Assembly (NCBI GenBank): GCA_944376845.1
Contig: CALWDZ010000004.1
Location: forward strand, 13,630 to 77,629
From: an uncultured Clostridia bacterium
GTDB lineage: Bacteria > Bacillota > Clostridia > Christensenellales > UBA1242
Reading direction: 5' to 3'
DNA length: 64,000 bases
Shown here: positions 36,906 to 46,149 of the stretch, one piece after another
How the letters are laid out: every line of letters starts with the position of its first letter
How positions within the stretch are numbered: position 1 is the stretch's first letter
Notes under the pieces: generated by a model
The model's input: the letters and a program-made list of their open reading frames with translations, nothing else
The model's database searches: none
Told to the model about the DNA's origin: nothing
Translations under genes and position numbers: made by a program

Positions 36906-38193
36906 TATCTTCTCCTTCGTTATCGCTAAGTAGTGGTGCATCTTCCACATCCAAGTCAACCAAGTTTTCATCAAGTGTTGACACATTTTTTAGTTTACGT
37001 TCAATAGTTCGAGATTTTTTTGTGGCAAACTCAATAGTGCTTGATGCTTCATCAAGTTTTTTCTGGGTTTTTGCCAAAAGGTCAACAAACTTTGAAAACT
37101 CACGCTTAAACACCCCAAGCAAATTCCATACTTCGCTGGAACGCTTTTCAATAGTCAAACTCTTAAAGCCAAGTTGCAAACTATTTAAGAGTGCCGAAAG
37201 TGTAGTAGGTCCACAAACCACAACTTTGTATTGTTGTTGAAGTGTTTCGGTTAGACCTGGTATTCGTAGTACTTCGGCATAAAGCCCTTCTATCGGCAAA
37301 TACATAACTGCAAAATCTGTTGTCTTTGGTACAAATATGTATTTTTCATTTATACGTTTTGCTTCTTCTTTTACACGTCTTTCAATGTTTTTAACTTGAA
37401 GATCAACTTCTTCTTTTGTGCCATTGTCACTCGCTTCTATAAGACGCTGATAATCTTCAAGTGGAAACTTTGCATCTATTGGCAAATATACTTCACCGCT
37501 GTCATCTTTGCCCGGCATACGCACGACAAAGTCCACTCGCTCAGAATTTTTTGGATTTATGTTGACTTGAGAATAATATTGTTCGGTAGTTAAAATTTGC
37601 TCTAAAAGCGAACCAAGTTGCACTTCTCCCCAAGTACCACGAGTTTTGACATTTGTCAGTACTTTCTTTAAGTCACCTACGCCACTTGCAAGTTGTTTCA
37701 TAACTCCAATGCCTTCATACACTGACTGCAAACGCTCGTTTATAATATTAAACGACTGGCTAAGCCTGTTTTCCAAACTCACATTAAGTTTTTCATCAAC
37801 AGTTTGACGCATTTGTTCAAGTTTCTTTTCATTTTCTTGCTGAATTCTAAGAAGCCCTTCAGTGAGTTGCGTGGTGGCATTTCGCATACTTTGTTCAACA
37901 CCACTGACAAGAGTTTGAACTTGAGCACGAATATCTTCAAGTTTTTGGTTTTGAAGCATATCATTTTGCGAAACGGTGTTGACAAGCGTATTTGAAATTT
38001 GTGTCATATTTTGTGAAAAAGTATTTGCAAGCATATCCATTTTTTCATTTTGCACTTTTTCCAAAATTTTAATTTCATCCGCTATTTTTTGTGCATCAAT
38101 ATTTTCCTGCGTCTTTGTTTTTTTGAATAATAGAAAAATAAGTAAAATAATGCACAAAAAACTAATTACCAAACTAATTATTTGCAATATCAT
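36898..38193 (-). CDS. rmuC: DNA recombination protein RmuC
   Basis: N-terminal TM helix, a long coiled coil, and the RmuC core (VDFVVRMPG...YLPIDAKFPLEDY). Confidence 0.85.
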   Translation of the reverse strand: MILQIISLVISFLCIILLIFLLFKKTKTQENIDAQKIADEIKILEKVQNEKMDMLANTFSQNMTQISNTLVNTVSQNDMLQNQKLEDIRAQVQTLVSGVEQSMRNATTQLTEGLLRIQQENEKKLEQMRQTVDEKLNVSLENRLSQSFNIINERLQSVYEGIGVMKQLASGVGDLKKVLTNVKTRGTWGEVQLGSLLEQILTTEQYYSQVNINPKNSERVDFVVRMPGKDDSGEVYLPIDAKFPLEDYQRLIEASDNGTKEEVDLQVKNIERRVKEEAKRINEKYIFVPKTTDFAVMYLPIEGLYAEVLRIPGLTETLQQQYKVVVCGPTTLSALLNSLQLGFKSLTIEKRSSEVWNLLGVFKREFSKFVDLLAKTQKKLDEASSTIEFATKKSRTIERKLKNVSTLDENLVDLDVEDAPLLSDNEGEDNE

Positions 38194-39436
38194 AATTTTT
38201 TATCTCCATAATAAGTGTATCTTTATCGTTTTCTATTTCACCGTCAAAAACTTTTAAAAGTAAATTATTTAAAATTTCATTATAATATTTATTATCTAGT
38301 TTTGGACGGCATTTTTTTATATCTTGTGCACTTACTTTTAAATCTTTAATGCGTATTGGAATATGATAATTTTTTATATATTTATAGAAAAAATTGTATT
38401 TATTAAATAAAAATATACTATCTTTTGCAAGAATTTTGCCGATATTTTCAAAATTATCATAATATTTAATAAAATATTCTTTATTTGACAATTTATTTAT
38501 TGCATCAAAATATCCACAAACAACATTTATTAAATAATCTTTTATTTTTGTAGAAAAATTAAAACCTTTTTGTCCAAGCATATATTCAAGATAATATTCC
38601 ACGCAGTCAGGGTCTATGGTTTCAATCATATCAACCAACAATGCTTCTAGCCTTAAACTTGGCACTTTTTTTACAAGGTTTAATTTTATTTTTGATACAC
38701 TTGAGTACAAAAAGGTAAAAGCGTTAAGGTAATTTAAAAGCCTGAGTGCTCTTATGTGTGAATGTTTTTTGGAAATGGTGTATTTTTTGTCGCACTGCAA
38801 AATTTTAATAAGTTCTTCTCTTTTGCGTATACCAGAAATATCTTTTATTCGGTAAGCCATTTTCTTTGCAATTTTATAAGTATTTTTTTCAATTTTAAAA
38901 CCAAGTTCTGAAGAAATTCGCACCATTCTAAGAATTCTCAGCCCGTCACTAGAAAATACAAAATCTGGTGTTTCAATTGTTCTGATGCGTTTCTTTTTTA
39001 AGTCATAAAGCCCAGAATAAATGTCTATTATCTTTTTTCTGGTTATGCTGAAATATATACAGTTTATAGTAAAATCACGCCTTTTTGCGTCTTGACGAAT
39101 ATCATCAACAAAATTTACTTCAATTGGTGTGTGACTTCCCGTGCCGTCATATTCTTCTGTACGGAAAGTGGTATGCTCATAAACCTCACTACCAACGCTT
39201 ATTGTCACAGTGCCAAGGCGTTTATTTTTTTCTTTGACAATAAACGGAGTGTCCTTTAATAATTCCATTAGTTCATCTGGTGTAAGTTTACTTGCAAGGT
39301 CTATATCTGTTCCACCAATGCCAATAAGGCTATTTCGTACATAGCCACCAACAATAAATAATTCTGCTTTTTTCTTTAACTTTTGTGCCAGTTTTTCAAG
39401 ATTTTCTGGAACAACTATATCTTTAAACTGTTTCAT
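38174..39436 (-). CDS. cca: CCA-adding enzyme / poly(A) polymerase-family tRNA nucleotidyltransferase
   Basis: FIVGGYVRNSLIGIGGTDIDLAS nucleotidyltransferase motif. I chose the ATG at 39436. The track start is a TTG. Confidence 0.8.
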   Translation of the reverse strand: MKQFKDIVVPENLEKLAQKLKKKAELFIVGGYVRNSLIGIGGTDIDLASKLTPDELMELLKDTPFIVKEKNKRLGTVTISVGSEVYEHTTFRTEEYDGTGSHTPIEVNFVDDIRQDAKRRDFTINCIYFSITRKKIIDIYSGLYDLKKKRIRTIETPDFVFSSDGLRILRMVRISSELGFKIEKNTYKIAKKMAYRIKDISGIRKREELIKILQCDKKYTISKKHSHIRALRLLNYLNAFTFLYSSVSKIKLNLVKKVPSLRLEALLVDMIETIDPDCVEYYLEYMLGQKGFNFSTKIKDYLINVVCGYFDAINKLSNKEYFIKYYDNFENIGKILAKDSIFLFNKYNFFYKYIKNYHIPIRIKDLKVSAQDIKKCRPKLDNKYYNEILNNLLLKVFDGEIENDKDTLIMEIKNYDIANN

Positions 39437-39492
39437 ACATAAAATTATACCACACAAAGCACAATTTGAAAATTATTTTTATAATTTTTGTT

Positions 39493-39924
39493 TTATATGT
39501 TTATAATAGTTTTATTTAATTTCCTTGCGTATTTGTAAGTATTATATGCTCCACTTTTATATGTATCTACAATATGACATACCAATACTTCACTATGCTC
39601 CACCATCCATTTATTTCGCTCTGTAATTCTACGTTTTGGATGTATCATATCAATTTCTGGTAAAATTGAGTCATCGAAAACTTCCAAATCCAATTTAGAA
39701 TTATAATTTGTTAAAATTTTTATTAGTTTTATATTACTATTAAATTTCTTATAATAACAAACAATATCAATACATATTTTATCAAAATATCCTTTATCTC
39801 CATTATAAAATATTAAATATCCCTCATTTATCAATTCTCCAATCACTGTAAATAATTTATCTTTAATATTTAAATTCTTCCATTCAAACCTATGCCCTGC
39901 AAAACAAACTATTTTTTCAATCAT
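39493..39924 (-). CDS. SLOG/DUF1273 (YpsA-like) family protein
   Basis: IVCFAGHRFEW...LINEGYLIFYNGDKGYFD resembles DUF1273. I chose the ATG at 39924 behind AGGAG. Confidence 0.4.
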   Translation of the reverse strand: MIEKIVCFAGHRFEWKNLNIKDKLFTVIGELINEGYLIFYNGDKGYFDKICIDIVCYYKKFNSNIKLIKILTNYNSKLDLEVFDDSILPEIDMIHPKRRITERNKWMVEHSEVLVCHIVDTYKSGAYNTYKYARKLNKTIINI

Positions 39925-40019
39925 ATTTATACTCCTTGTTTGAATTATACCATATAAATATAATTTTACCACCCTGCAATTGAGTATATTTTAAATATTT
40001 TTGTACTACATTATAAATA

Positions 40020-40256
40020 ATGAAATTGCAAAAAGCAGTAGCACTTAAAATTACCAATTTGTTGATTGATCATAATTTGACAAGGTACAAACTTTGTCAA
40101 AAAATTCTTTTGCCCGAACAAACTTTAAAAAATATTATTGATGAAAGAAATAAAGATATTAAATTATCTACCATCGCCAAAATTGCAGAAGGTTTTGGAC
40201 TAACACTAGAACAATTTTTTGCAGATAAAATTTTTGAAAATTACGAATGTGAGTAA
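40020..40256 (+). CDS. XRE-family helix-turn-helix protein
   Basis: 78 aa. LTRYKLCQKILLPEQTLKNII and STIAKIAEGFGLTLEQFF. Confidence 0.6.
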   Translation: MKLQKAVALKITNLLIDHNLTRYKLCQKILLPEQTLKNIIDERNKDIKLSTIAKIAEGFGLTLEQFFADKIFENYECE

Positions 40257-40273
40257 AATAAGTTCTATATAAA

Positions 40274-40326
40274 ATAGACTGTTCAAAAACAAGCGAGAGA
40301 TTGAACAGTCTATTATTTTTTTTTGT
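40274..40326. terminator. Bidirectional terminator
   Basis: ATAGACTGTTCAA ... TTGAACAGTCTAT 13-bp stem with flanking A and T runs. Confidence 0.8.
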
Positions 40327-41737
40327 TTTTTTGCTTTGATAGTAGTTGTTGTTTTAAAATATCACTCCGCTTTAAATTGTATCTTGATATTATTGCCATA
40401 GCAACTGAAATTGAAATCGCACAACCACCAAACACAATAAGCCCCAAATAATTTTGTACTTTAAGTGCTTGCACAGGCTGTGACGCATCAAATTTTATAA
40501 GGTCTAGCAAAACTCCAATAATGAGCAATGCAAGTGAGTTTGCAACATTATAAGCAAAAGTCATATAGCCGGAATATGTGGCACTTTTGTTCTCGCCCGT
40601 TTTTAATTTGTCCATTGTAACGTTATCCGCAAACATACTCATAGGTAAACTATAAAGCGCACCACTACCAAACCCACATACAAATATACACACAAGAACC
40701 AAATAAAAGTTTACACTTGTGCCAATACTTTCACGGAATACAAAAACCCAAAATGTGAGAAAAATACCAATCAAAATGACAAAATATGACCACCTAAGTG
40801 TTGGTTTTTTATCTATTCGACGAGAAAGATATATCCAAAATGGCTGACTTAATATTGTCCCAACAAACAACCCCGCCATTATAATTGGTATTTGTGTGGC
40901 ATTGAAATGAAAACAATATGTAAAAATATGCATTCCAACCGATGTTAAAAATGCGGTGGAAATCAGTGCAACCGAATAGGACAAAATTATTGCACCATAA
41001 TTTCTTTGTTTAAGCACTAAAAAGAAATTGTAAAATATTTTGAAAAAAGCATTTTTTTCTTTTTTCTTTGGCTGTTCAGTATGCACCGCCCTTGCTCTTT
41101 TAAATGTACCAAAAACAGCAATAAGCCCTGAAATCAAACTAATTGCACTTGTGGTATACGCAATATAAATATATCCGCTTTGTGCAAGTTGTCCCTGCTC
41201 TCCGCCTGGCATAAAAATCATCATAAGCACACTTGGAAGCACCATACCTAAAATAAAAAATACAGTTTTATAACCTTGAAGAGTGCTTTGTTCATTGTAG
41301 CCTGGTGCAATATCTATGCCAAGTGCAACATAGGGCGTTGCAAAACAAGTGTTTGCAGTTTCCAGTGCTAGTAGCATCAAAAGTAACCAAAAAAACTTTG
41401 CAATTTCACTAAGCGAGTTAGGAACACTCCACAAAAGTACATTAAAAACAACAATTCCAAGAGTGCCAAAAAAAAGATAACCTAGTCGCCTGCCCCAAAA
41501 TTTTGAATGAGTTATATCGCTTAAATACCCAACTATCGGGTCACTAAGCCCGTCCCAAAACGCAGAAAGCGCTACACAAAGTCCAACAAGTGAACCGCGA
41601 ATACCAAGCACACTTGTACCAAAAAACATCATAAAAGTTGTCATAGCCTGAGATACCACGCCATAACCTAAGTTTCCAATTGCATAACAAAGTTTAGTGC
41701 CTGTTTTTAATTTTTTCACTTGATTTATTGTATGCAA
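40313..41737 (-). CDS. MFS transporter, glycoside-pentoside-hexuronide (GPH) cation symporter family
   Basis: 474 aa, about 12 TM helices. DGLSDPIVGYLSD is a GPH-type motif. Confidence 0.7.
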   Translation of the reverse strand: MHTINQVKKLKTGTKLCYAIGNLGYGVVSQAMTTFMMFFGTSVLGIRGSLVGLCVALSAFWDGLSDPIVGYLSDITHSKFWGRRLGYLFFGTLGIVVFNVLLWSVPNSLSEIAKFFWLLLMLLALETANTCFATPYVALGIDIAPGYNEQSTLQGYKTVFFILGMVLPSVLMMIFMPGGEQGQLAQSGYIYIAYTTSAISLISGLIAVFGTFKRARAVHTEQPKKKEKNAFFKIFYNFFLVLKQRNYGAIILSYSVALISTAFLTSVGMHIFTYCFHFNATQIPIIMAGLFVGTILSQPFWIYLSRRIDKKPTLRWSYFVILIGIFLTFWVFVFRESIGTSVNFYLVLVCIFVCGFGSGALYSLPMSMFADNVTMDKLKTGENKSATYSGYMTFAYNVANSLALLIIGVLLDLIKFDASQPVQALKVQNYLGLIVFGGCAISISVAMAIISRYNLKRSDILKQQLLSKQKNKKK

Positions 41738-41809
41738 TATGTAACTTTTTTATTTGAGTAATTAAACAACTTCTATTCTATCATTTAATTTTGTCAAAAT
41801 TTTTTGCAT

Positions 41810-41840
41810 AAAAAAACCGTAGGATAACCTACAGTTTTTT
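41810..41840 (-). terminator. Rho-independent terminator after the lipoprotein gene
   Basis: The minus strand reads CTGTAGG-TTAT-CCTACGG followed by T7. Confidence 0.7.
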
Positions 41841-41853
41841 AAAATTATTCGTA

Positions 41854-43974
41854 TTATAAACTAAAGTATTCAACTACAGCGCCCATTGTTGGTATGCCAT
41901 TTACAAATATACCTACATACTCATCGGACAAGAATTGAACCATTTTTTGTCTCTCTTCCATATTTGTTAAGTCCAAAGCAGTAATTGGATCTCTACCAAA
42001 GCCATCAGGTGTTTGATTAGTCAAATATGTTGTATAGAGTTGTCCACCAGCATTAAAGAATGGTAAATTTTCAAGATATGGAGCAAGTGCAGGTGCAGAT
42101 GTTGTTGCCTTAAATGTCTGATCTTCCATGTCATGAACAAAAGTTACCTCACCAGCTTCGTTCTTTATTGTCACTTTCCCTTTTACTGGATTGCTATTTA
42201 AAACTGGATTACCGTTTGAAACAAATACAAATGCAGCGTTCAATAACCCGTCATTATCAAGTAGCGACCTTACGCTTGGTAAAAGACCCTTATCTTTAAG
42301 AGCTTGACTTGTACCCAAAAATAATTGATTTGATTTTTTAAGTTCAGTAGCCACTCGAGTAGCATCATTTAAACCGAACCACGCTTCTTCGCCCGAAACA
42401 GTGGTTTCAACTGTTGAATTGATAACTTCAACATTTGCGTAATTTGAGTTTGGTGTATCCTTAGGGTCAAGATGTGTCAAGAACACAACTGGACCGCCAG
42501 AGCCAGAGAGAATGCTGTCTTCAATGTAGTTATTTTTTATACCCCAATAGTTTATCATAAGGCTATAACTATCAGTAAACTTGCAATTTGAAATGTGTGT
42601 TGATGCCGTTTCCCAATCACTGCCTTCAGTTGTTGAAACAAGCATTGTAACCCAACTGTTACCATTGACATTGTTTAGCGTCACATCTTTTGAACCAGTA
42701 AGAACCATTAAAAGTCCGCCTCTTAAAGCTTCTGACTCGTCACGATTTGTGTTGCCAATTAAGTTAAGGCTATCCATAACAACGCTACCTTGATTTTGGT
42801 TTGTTGGATGGTTATTGTTTGCAATACCGAATGAGAATAATGAGGCATGTCCAAATTTTTCATTATCAATTTTATTTGTGTTTAAGTAATCAAGATTGGT
42901 AAGAGCGATTGCACTTGCATCTATTGTATTGTAATTACCATAGATTTTGTATGTTTCGTCTTGGTCAACAGAAATATGATAAATTGTCTTCCAGTTTCTC
43001 ATTGTGTTTGCTAGTTCAGGGACATAATCACTGTCACCTTCTTTATAGTAGTATGCCTGTGGAACATCAGAATCAGACAATTCATAACTGCCGTGAATGA
43101 CGACTGAGTTGGTGTCAACTTGAGGCACATTGTTTTGTGCTTTAAGGTCTGCCCAATATTTTTGTGTTGTTGGATTATTGTCCATCACTGAAAGCATCTC
43201 TTTTGACTGAATGTTAAAGCCATCAACAACTTCAAGCTCGTGAGATATGCTCACATCTCCACTAATAGTTTGTGCAGTAACTGTTATTCTATATGTATTC
43301 CCCACTGCTTTATCAGCAAAATCAAAACCAAACTTTTGTTGATTGATTGTTACAGTCTCAGTTAAGTCTTCTCCTGTAAGCTCAACATACTCGCCGTCAA
43401 TTTTTTGTTCAACTTTGTAAGTTGCTGGCACATAGTCAAGGGCTTGGAAATCTCCACGTACACCATCAACTATTTCAACACCCATAATTATTGGTTTAAG
43501 TTCAAACGAGTTATCGTCTCCAACTTTATAAGTATTGTCACTAATATTAAATGCTTTTGCATTATTTTCGAAGTCAGTAATAAATGTTGGTAAACCAAAA
43601 CTTTGCACTTCATACTCAACCGTTGGAACATGTTGGCTTTCTGTTACTGTTATTGTAACTTCGGTTTGAAGTCCAAGATATTTAATTATAACTTGCTTTT
43701 CCCCCACTTCATTTGCTATCTCATCAAGTGGTGTATTGTCCGAGCAAGCAAACTGCATTTCGTCATTGTATTTGACTTCTTTGACTTTGTCATTGCTGTA
43801 AGTGACTAGCAAAACAAGGTCATCAAGAACCAAATTTTCACCAATGTCTAATTGCGTGTCAAGAGTGTCGTCTTTAACTGCTATTTCAACAGGCTTTTCA
43901 CCACAAGCAGTCAAAATTATTCCAAAGACCATCACGCACATTATAGCACTAATAAGACTAATAAACTTTTTCAT
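41854..43974 (-). CDS. Large lipoprotein with Ig-like N-terminal domains and a parallel beta-helix-like region
   Basis: Lipobox ILTACG. I chose the ATG at 43974 behind AGGAG. The region LNLIGNTNRD..VTLNNVNGNS..ISNCKFTDS is beta-helix-like. Confidence 0.5.
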   Translation of the reverse strand: MKKFISLISAIMCVMVFGIILTACGEKPVEIAVKDDTLDTQLDIGENLVLDDLVLLVTYSNDKVKEVKYNDEMQFACSDNTPLDEIANEVGEKQVIIKYLGLQTEVTITVTESQHVPTVEYEVQSFGLPTFITDFENNAKAFNISDNTYKVGDDNSFELKPIIMGVEIVDGVRGDFQALDYVPATYKVEQKIDGEYVELTGEDLTETVTINQQKFGFDFADKAVGNTYRITVTAQTISGDVSISHELEVVDGFNIQSKEMLSVMDNNPTTQKYWADLKAQNNVPQVDTNSVVIHGSYELSDSDVPQAYYYKEGDSDYVPELANTMRNWKTIYHISVDQDETYKIYGNYNTIDASAIALTNLDYLNTNKIDNEKFGHASLFSFGIANNNHPTNQNQGSVVMDSLNLIGNTNRDESEALRGGLLMVLTGSKDVTLNNVNGNSWVTMLVSTTEGSDWETASTHISNCKFTDSYSLMINYWGIKNNYIEDSILSGSGGPVVFLTHLDPKDTPNSNYANVEVINSTVETTVSGEEAWFGLNDATRVATELKKSNQLFLGTSQALKDKGLLPSVRSLLDNDGLLNAAFVFVSNGNPVLNSNPVKGKVTIKNEAGEVTFVHDMEDQTFKATTSAPALAPYLENLPFFNAGGQLYTTYLTNQTPDGFGRDPITALDLTNMEERQKMVQFLSDEYVGIFVNGIPTMGAVVEYFSL

Positions 43975-44055
43975 ATTTTCTCCTTTACAAAATATTCCAC
44001 GGTTATTATACATTTTACTGTTTGTAATATCAAGTGTTTTTATGCATCATATCAG

Positions 44056-44502
44056 TTAAATTATAGATAAATAGAACATAACTTGCACAGTTGGACGAGA
44101 AACGGCAGAAATTTTGACCACCGCTCCACCTCTGTTTTTTATCCAAAAATTATTTTTCTCATCTATCTCAGATATTGGCGCAGTTTGCTTATCATAACCA
44201 AAATTCACACCCTTGTCGCTTGTTGTGTCTGGGTAGACTCTGTAAACAAGAGAAAAAACATTGTCTTTCCCTTCTTGAAAATCATAAGTTATTATGTACT
44301 TACAAACCCCCGTTCCTGGTATATTGAGGTTGGCTTCTTTAATACTTACCCTTTCTTCATCTTCACACTCAACACTTAAAATCTCAATTTTATCTGGGTA
44401 CACGGTTGTGTTATATGATGTTATCTTCATACCAAAAAAGCCTATTACTATAATAGACATTATATAAACCACACCAATAAGAATAACAATAGATTTTTTC
44501 AT
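44056..44502 (-). CDS. Small membrane-anchored protein; function unknown
   Basis: 148 aa with an N-terminal TM helix. ATGA overlap with the upstream permease gene. Confidence 0.4.
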   Translation of the reverse strand: MKKSIVILIGVVYIMSIIVIGFFGMKITSYNTTVYPDKIEILSVECEDEERVSIKEANLNIPGTGVCKYIITYDFQEGKDNVFSLVYRVYPDTTSDKGVNFGYDKQTAPISEIDEKNNFWIKNRGGAVVKISAVSRPTVQVMFYLSII

Positions 44503-46148
44503 CCTTTTTCCTCATAATAATATTTAATTTTGCTATAAAATGACCAAACTCTATAAGCAAAATATGCCAATGCAACAAACAAAACTTTAACCCATGCGAT
44601 TTGCGAATTTTCCATTAGTAAGAAAAGTGAAATCGCAAAAAACACTGCTGCTAAAAACACCATAGCTATTGTAGACTTCGTTTCGTTTGGGTTATTTACA
44701 TGGCTTCCAGTTGTGGAATACTGAATATTTTGTGGATTCATTATATCCATTTCTGCACTCCAAAACATGTGTATTAGATATATTAAGATTGCACTCATAC
44801 CGAATAAGATAATGTTTAGAATACTCATACTATTAAATGACGCAAATACGCAAATCGATGCAATTATTGAAATTGACGTTATAATTGCATATGTTACAAG
44901 TTTCGCAGTCAAATTTGAGTTATGACCATTCGGTCTTGTCTTGACCAGATATCCCGCCTGTGCCTCACGCGAATATATACTTGCCACTTTATTATTTGTT
45001 GCCATTGCAAATAAAAGAATTATTAAAAGGTTAAATGAAATTGCCATATTGTCACCAAGAAGTCTTGTACTCATGGCAGCGAATATTGTGTTTAAAAGCA
45101 GTATCGCAAGTGGCATACATATTGCCACTCCAAAAAGGCTATAAACTTCATCGCTTGTTCTGAAAATCACCAAATCGTCTTTGTGCACTGCACTATAAAA
45201 CGCCTTTAAAAAGCCATTTTTGTATGTTTTCTTAATAATTTTTCTTTTATATTCAAAAGGAGAACTTGTCATTCTCAAAAATAACGGCTTACATATTAAA
45301 TAACTTGCCCCCAAAAGAACAACCACCATTGCAACAATTGTTAGTAAAATCCAAAGCGTGTCAATAGTAAATAAGTTTTGCGAAAGTCCGAAATGTGTTC
45401 CAACAATAAACTGTGTGAGATAAGTGAATGGTGCCATATACTTTGTGTAACTGCCCAAAAAGTCCTGAATCTCCCAAAATATTGTCCCCCAACTTGCAAC
45501 GATATCGAGGTTTTCGGGTATTAGTGACACAAAAAGCAAAAACACATATATGCCTAGTCCAATAAGTGCCAAAAAAATCACCCACCTAATTAAAGAATAA
45601 TTTCTAAGAACAATGGCGACAAGCATTGCAACAATGGACAAAAGTGCGCCTATTGACACTGGAATTAGTGCAACAATAAACATACAAGGCAAAAGCCACA
45701 AGAAAAACACAATAGAATATCCACTGATTAGCCCGAACGCAAAAAACATTGGAAAAATGAAAAATATTGTGCGCCTGAGTTCATAGATATAAAAAACTAT
45801 AAGTTTTGAGAAAAAAATATGATCAACTGTAACAGGAAAAGTCAAAAGCACCTGATTGTCACGAGCAAAATACAAGTTTTTCATTAGTGAGTATGTGCAA
45901 GATATTATAGACAAAATTTCCATAATGCTGAACAACACAACAATGACACTTGTCGGAATAATGTTAACAAGTGAAAATATACCAAGCACACGGCACAAAT
46001 AAAAACCAAAATAATAAACAGCTGTGATTGCAATAAAAGAAAGTAGCGTCAAAATAACCTTGGATATGAGTGTCTTTTTTGTCCTCAAAAATCCAAAATC
46101 TACTTTGTCTTTTAACTGCATGAAAACAAGCGTTTTTAATGCGTTCAT
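44499..46148 (-). CDS. Polytopic putative ABC exporter permease
   Basis: 549 aa with more than ten hydrophobic helices. It lies immediately downstream of the ABC ATPase gene. Confidence 0.5.
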   Translation of the reverse strand: MNALKTLVFMQLKDKVDFGFLRTKKTLISKVILTLLSFIAITAVYYFGFYLCRVLGIFSLVNIIPTSVIVVLFSIMEILSIISCTYSLMKNLYFARDNQVLLTFPVTVDHIFFSKLIVFYIYELRRTIFFIFPMFFAFGLISGYSIVFFLWLLPCMFIVALIPVSIGALLSIVAMLVAIVLRNYSLIRWVIFLALIGLGIYVFLLFVSLIPENLDIVASWGTIFWEIQDFLGSYTKYMAPFTYLTQFIVGTHFGLSQNLFTIDTLWILLTIVAMVVVLLGASYLICKPLFLRMTSSPFEYKRKIIKKTYKNGFLKAFYSAVHKDDLVIFRTSDEVYSLFGVAICMPLAILLLNTIFAAMSTRLLGDNMAISFNLLIILLFAMATNNKVASIYSREAQAGYLVKTRPNGHNSNLTAKLVTYAIITSISIIASICVFASFNSMSILNIILFGMSAILIYLIHMFWSAEMDIMNPQNIQYSTTGSHVNNPNETKSTIAMVFLAAVFFAISLFLLMENSQIAWVKVLFVALAYFAYRVWSFYSKIKYYYEEKG

Positions 46149-46149
46149 A

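Noticed and set aside
38505-38513. DnaA-box-like ATATCCACA, suggesting a replication origin.
   Set aside because: It is a single 8/9 match inside the cca coding sequence, with no cluster and no dnaA/dnaN context.
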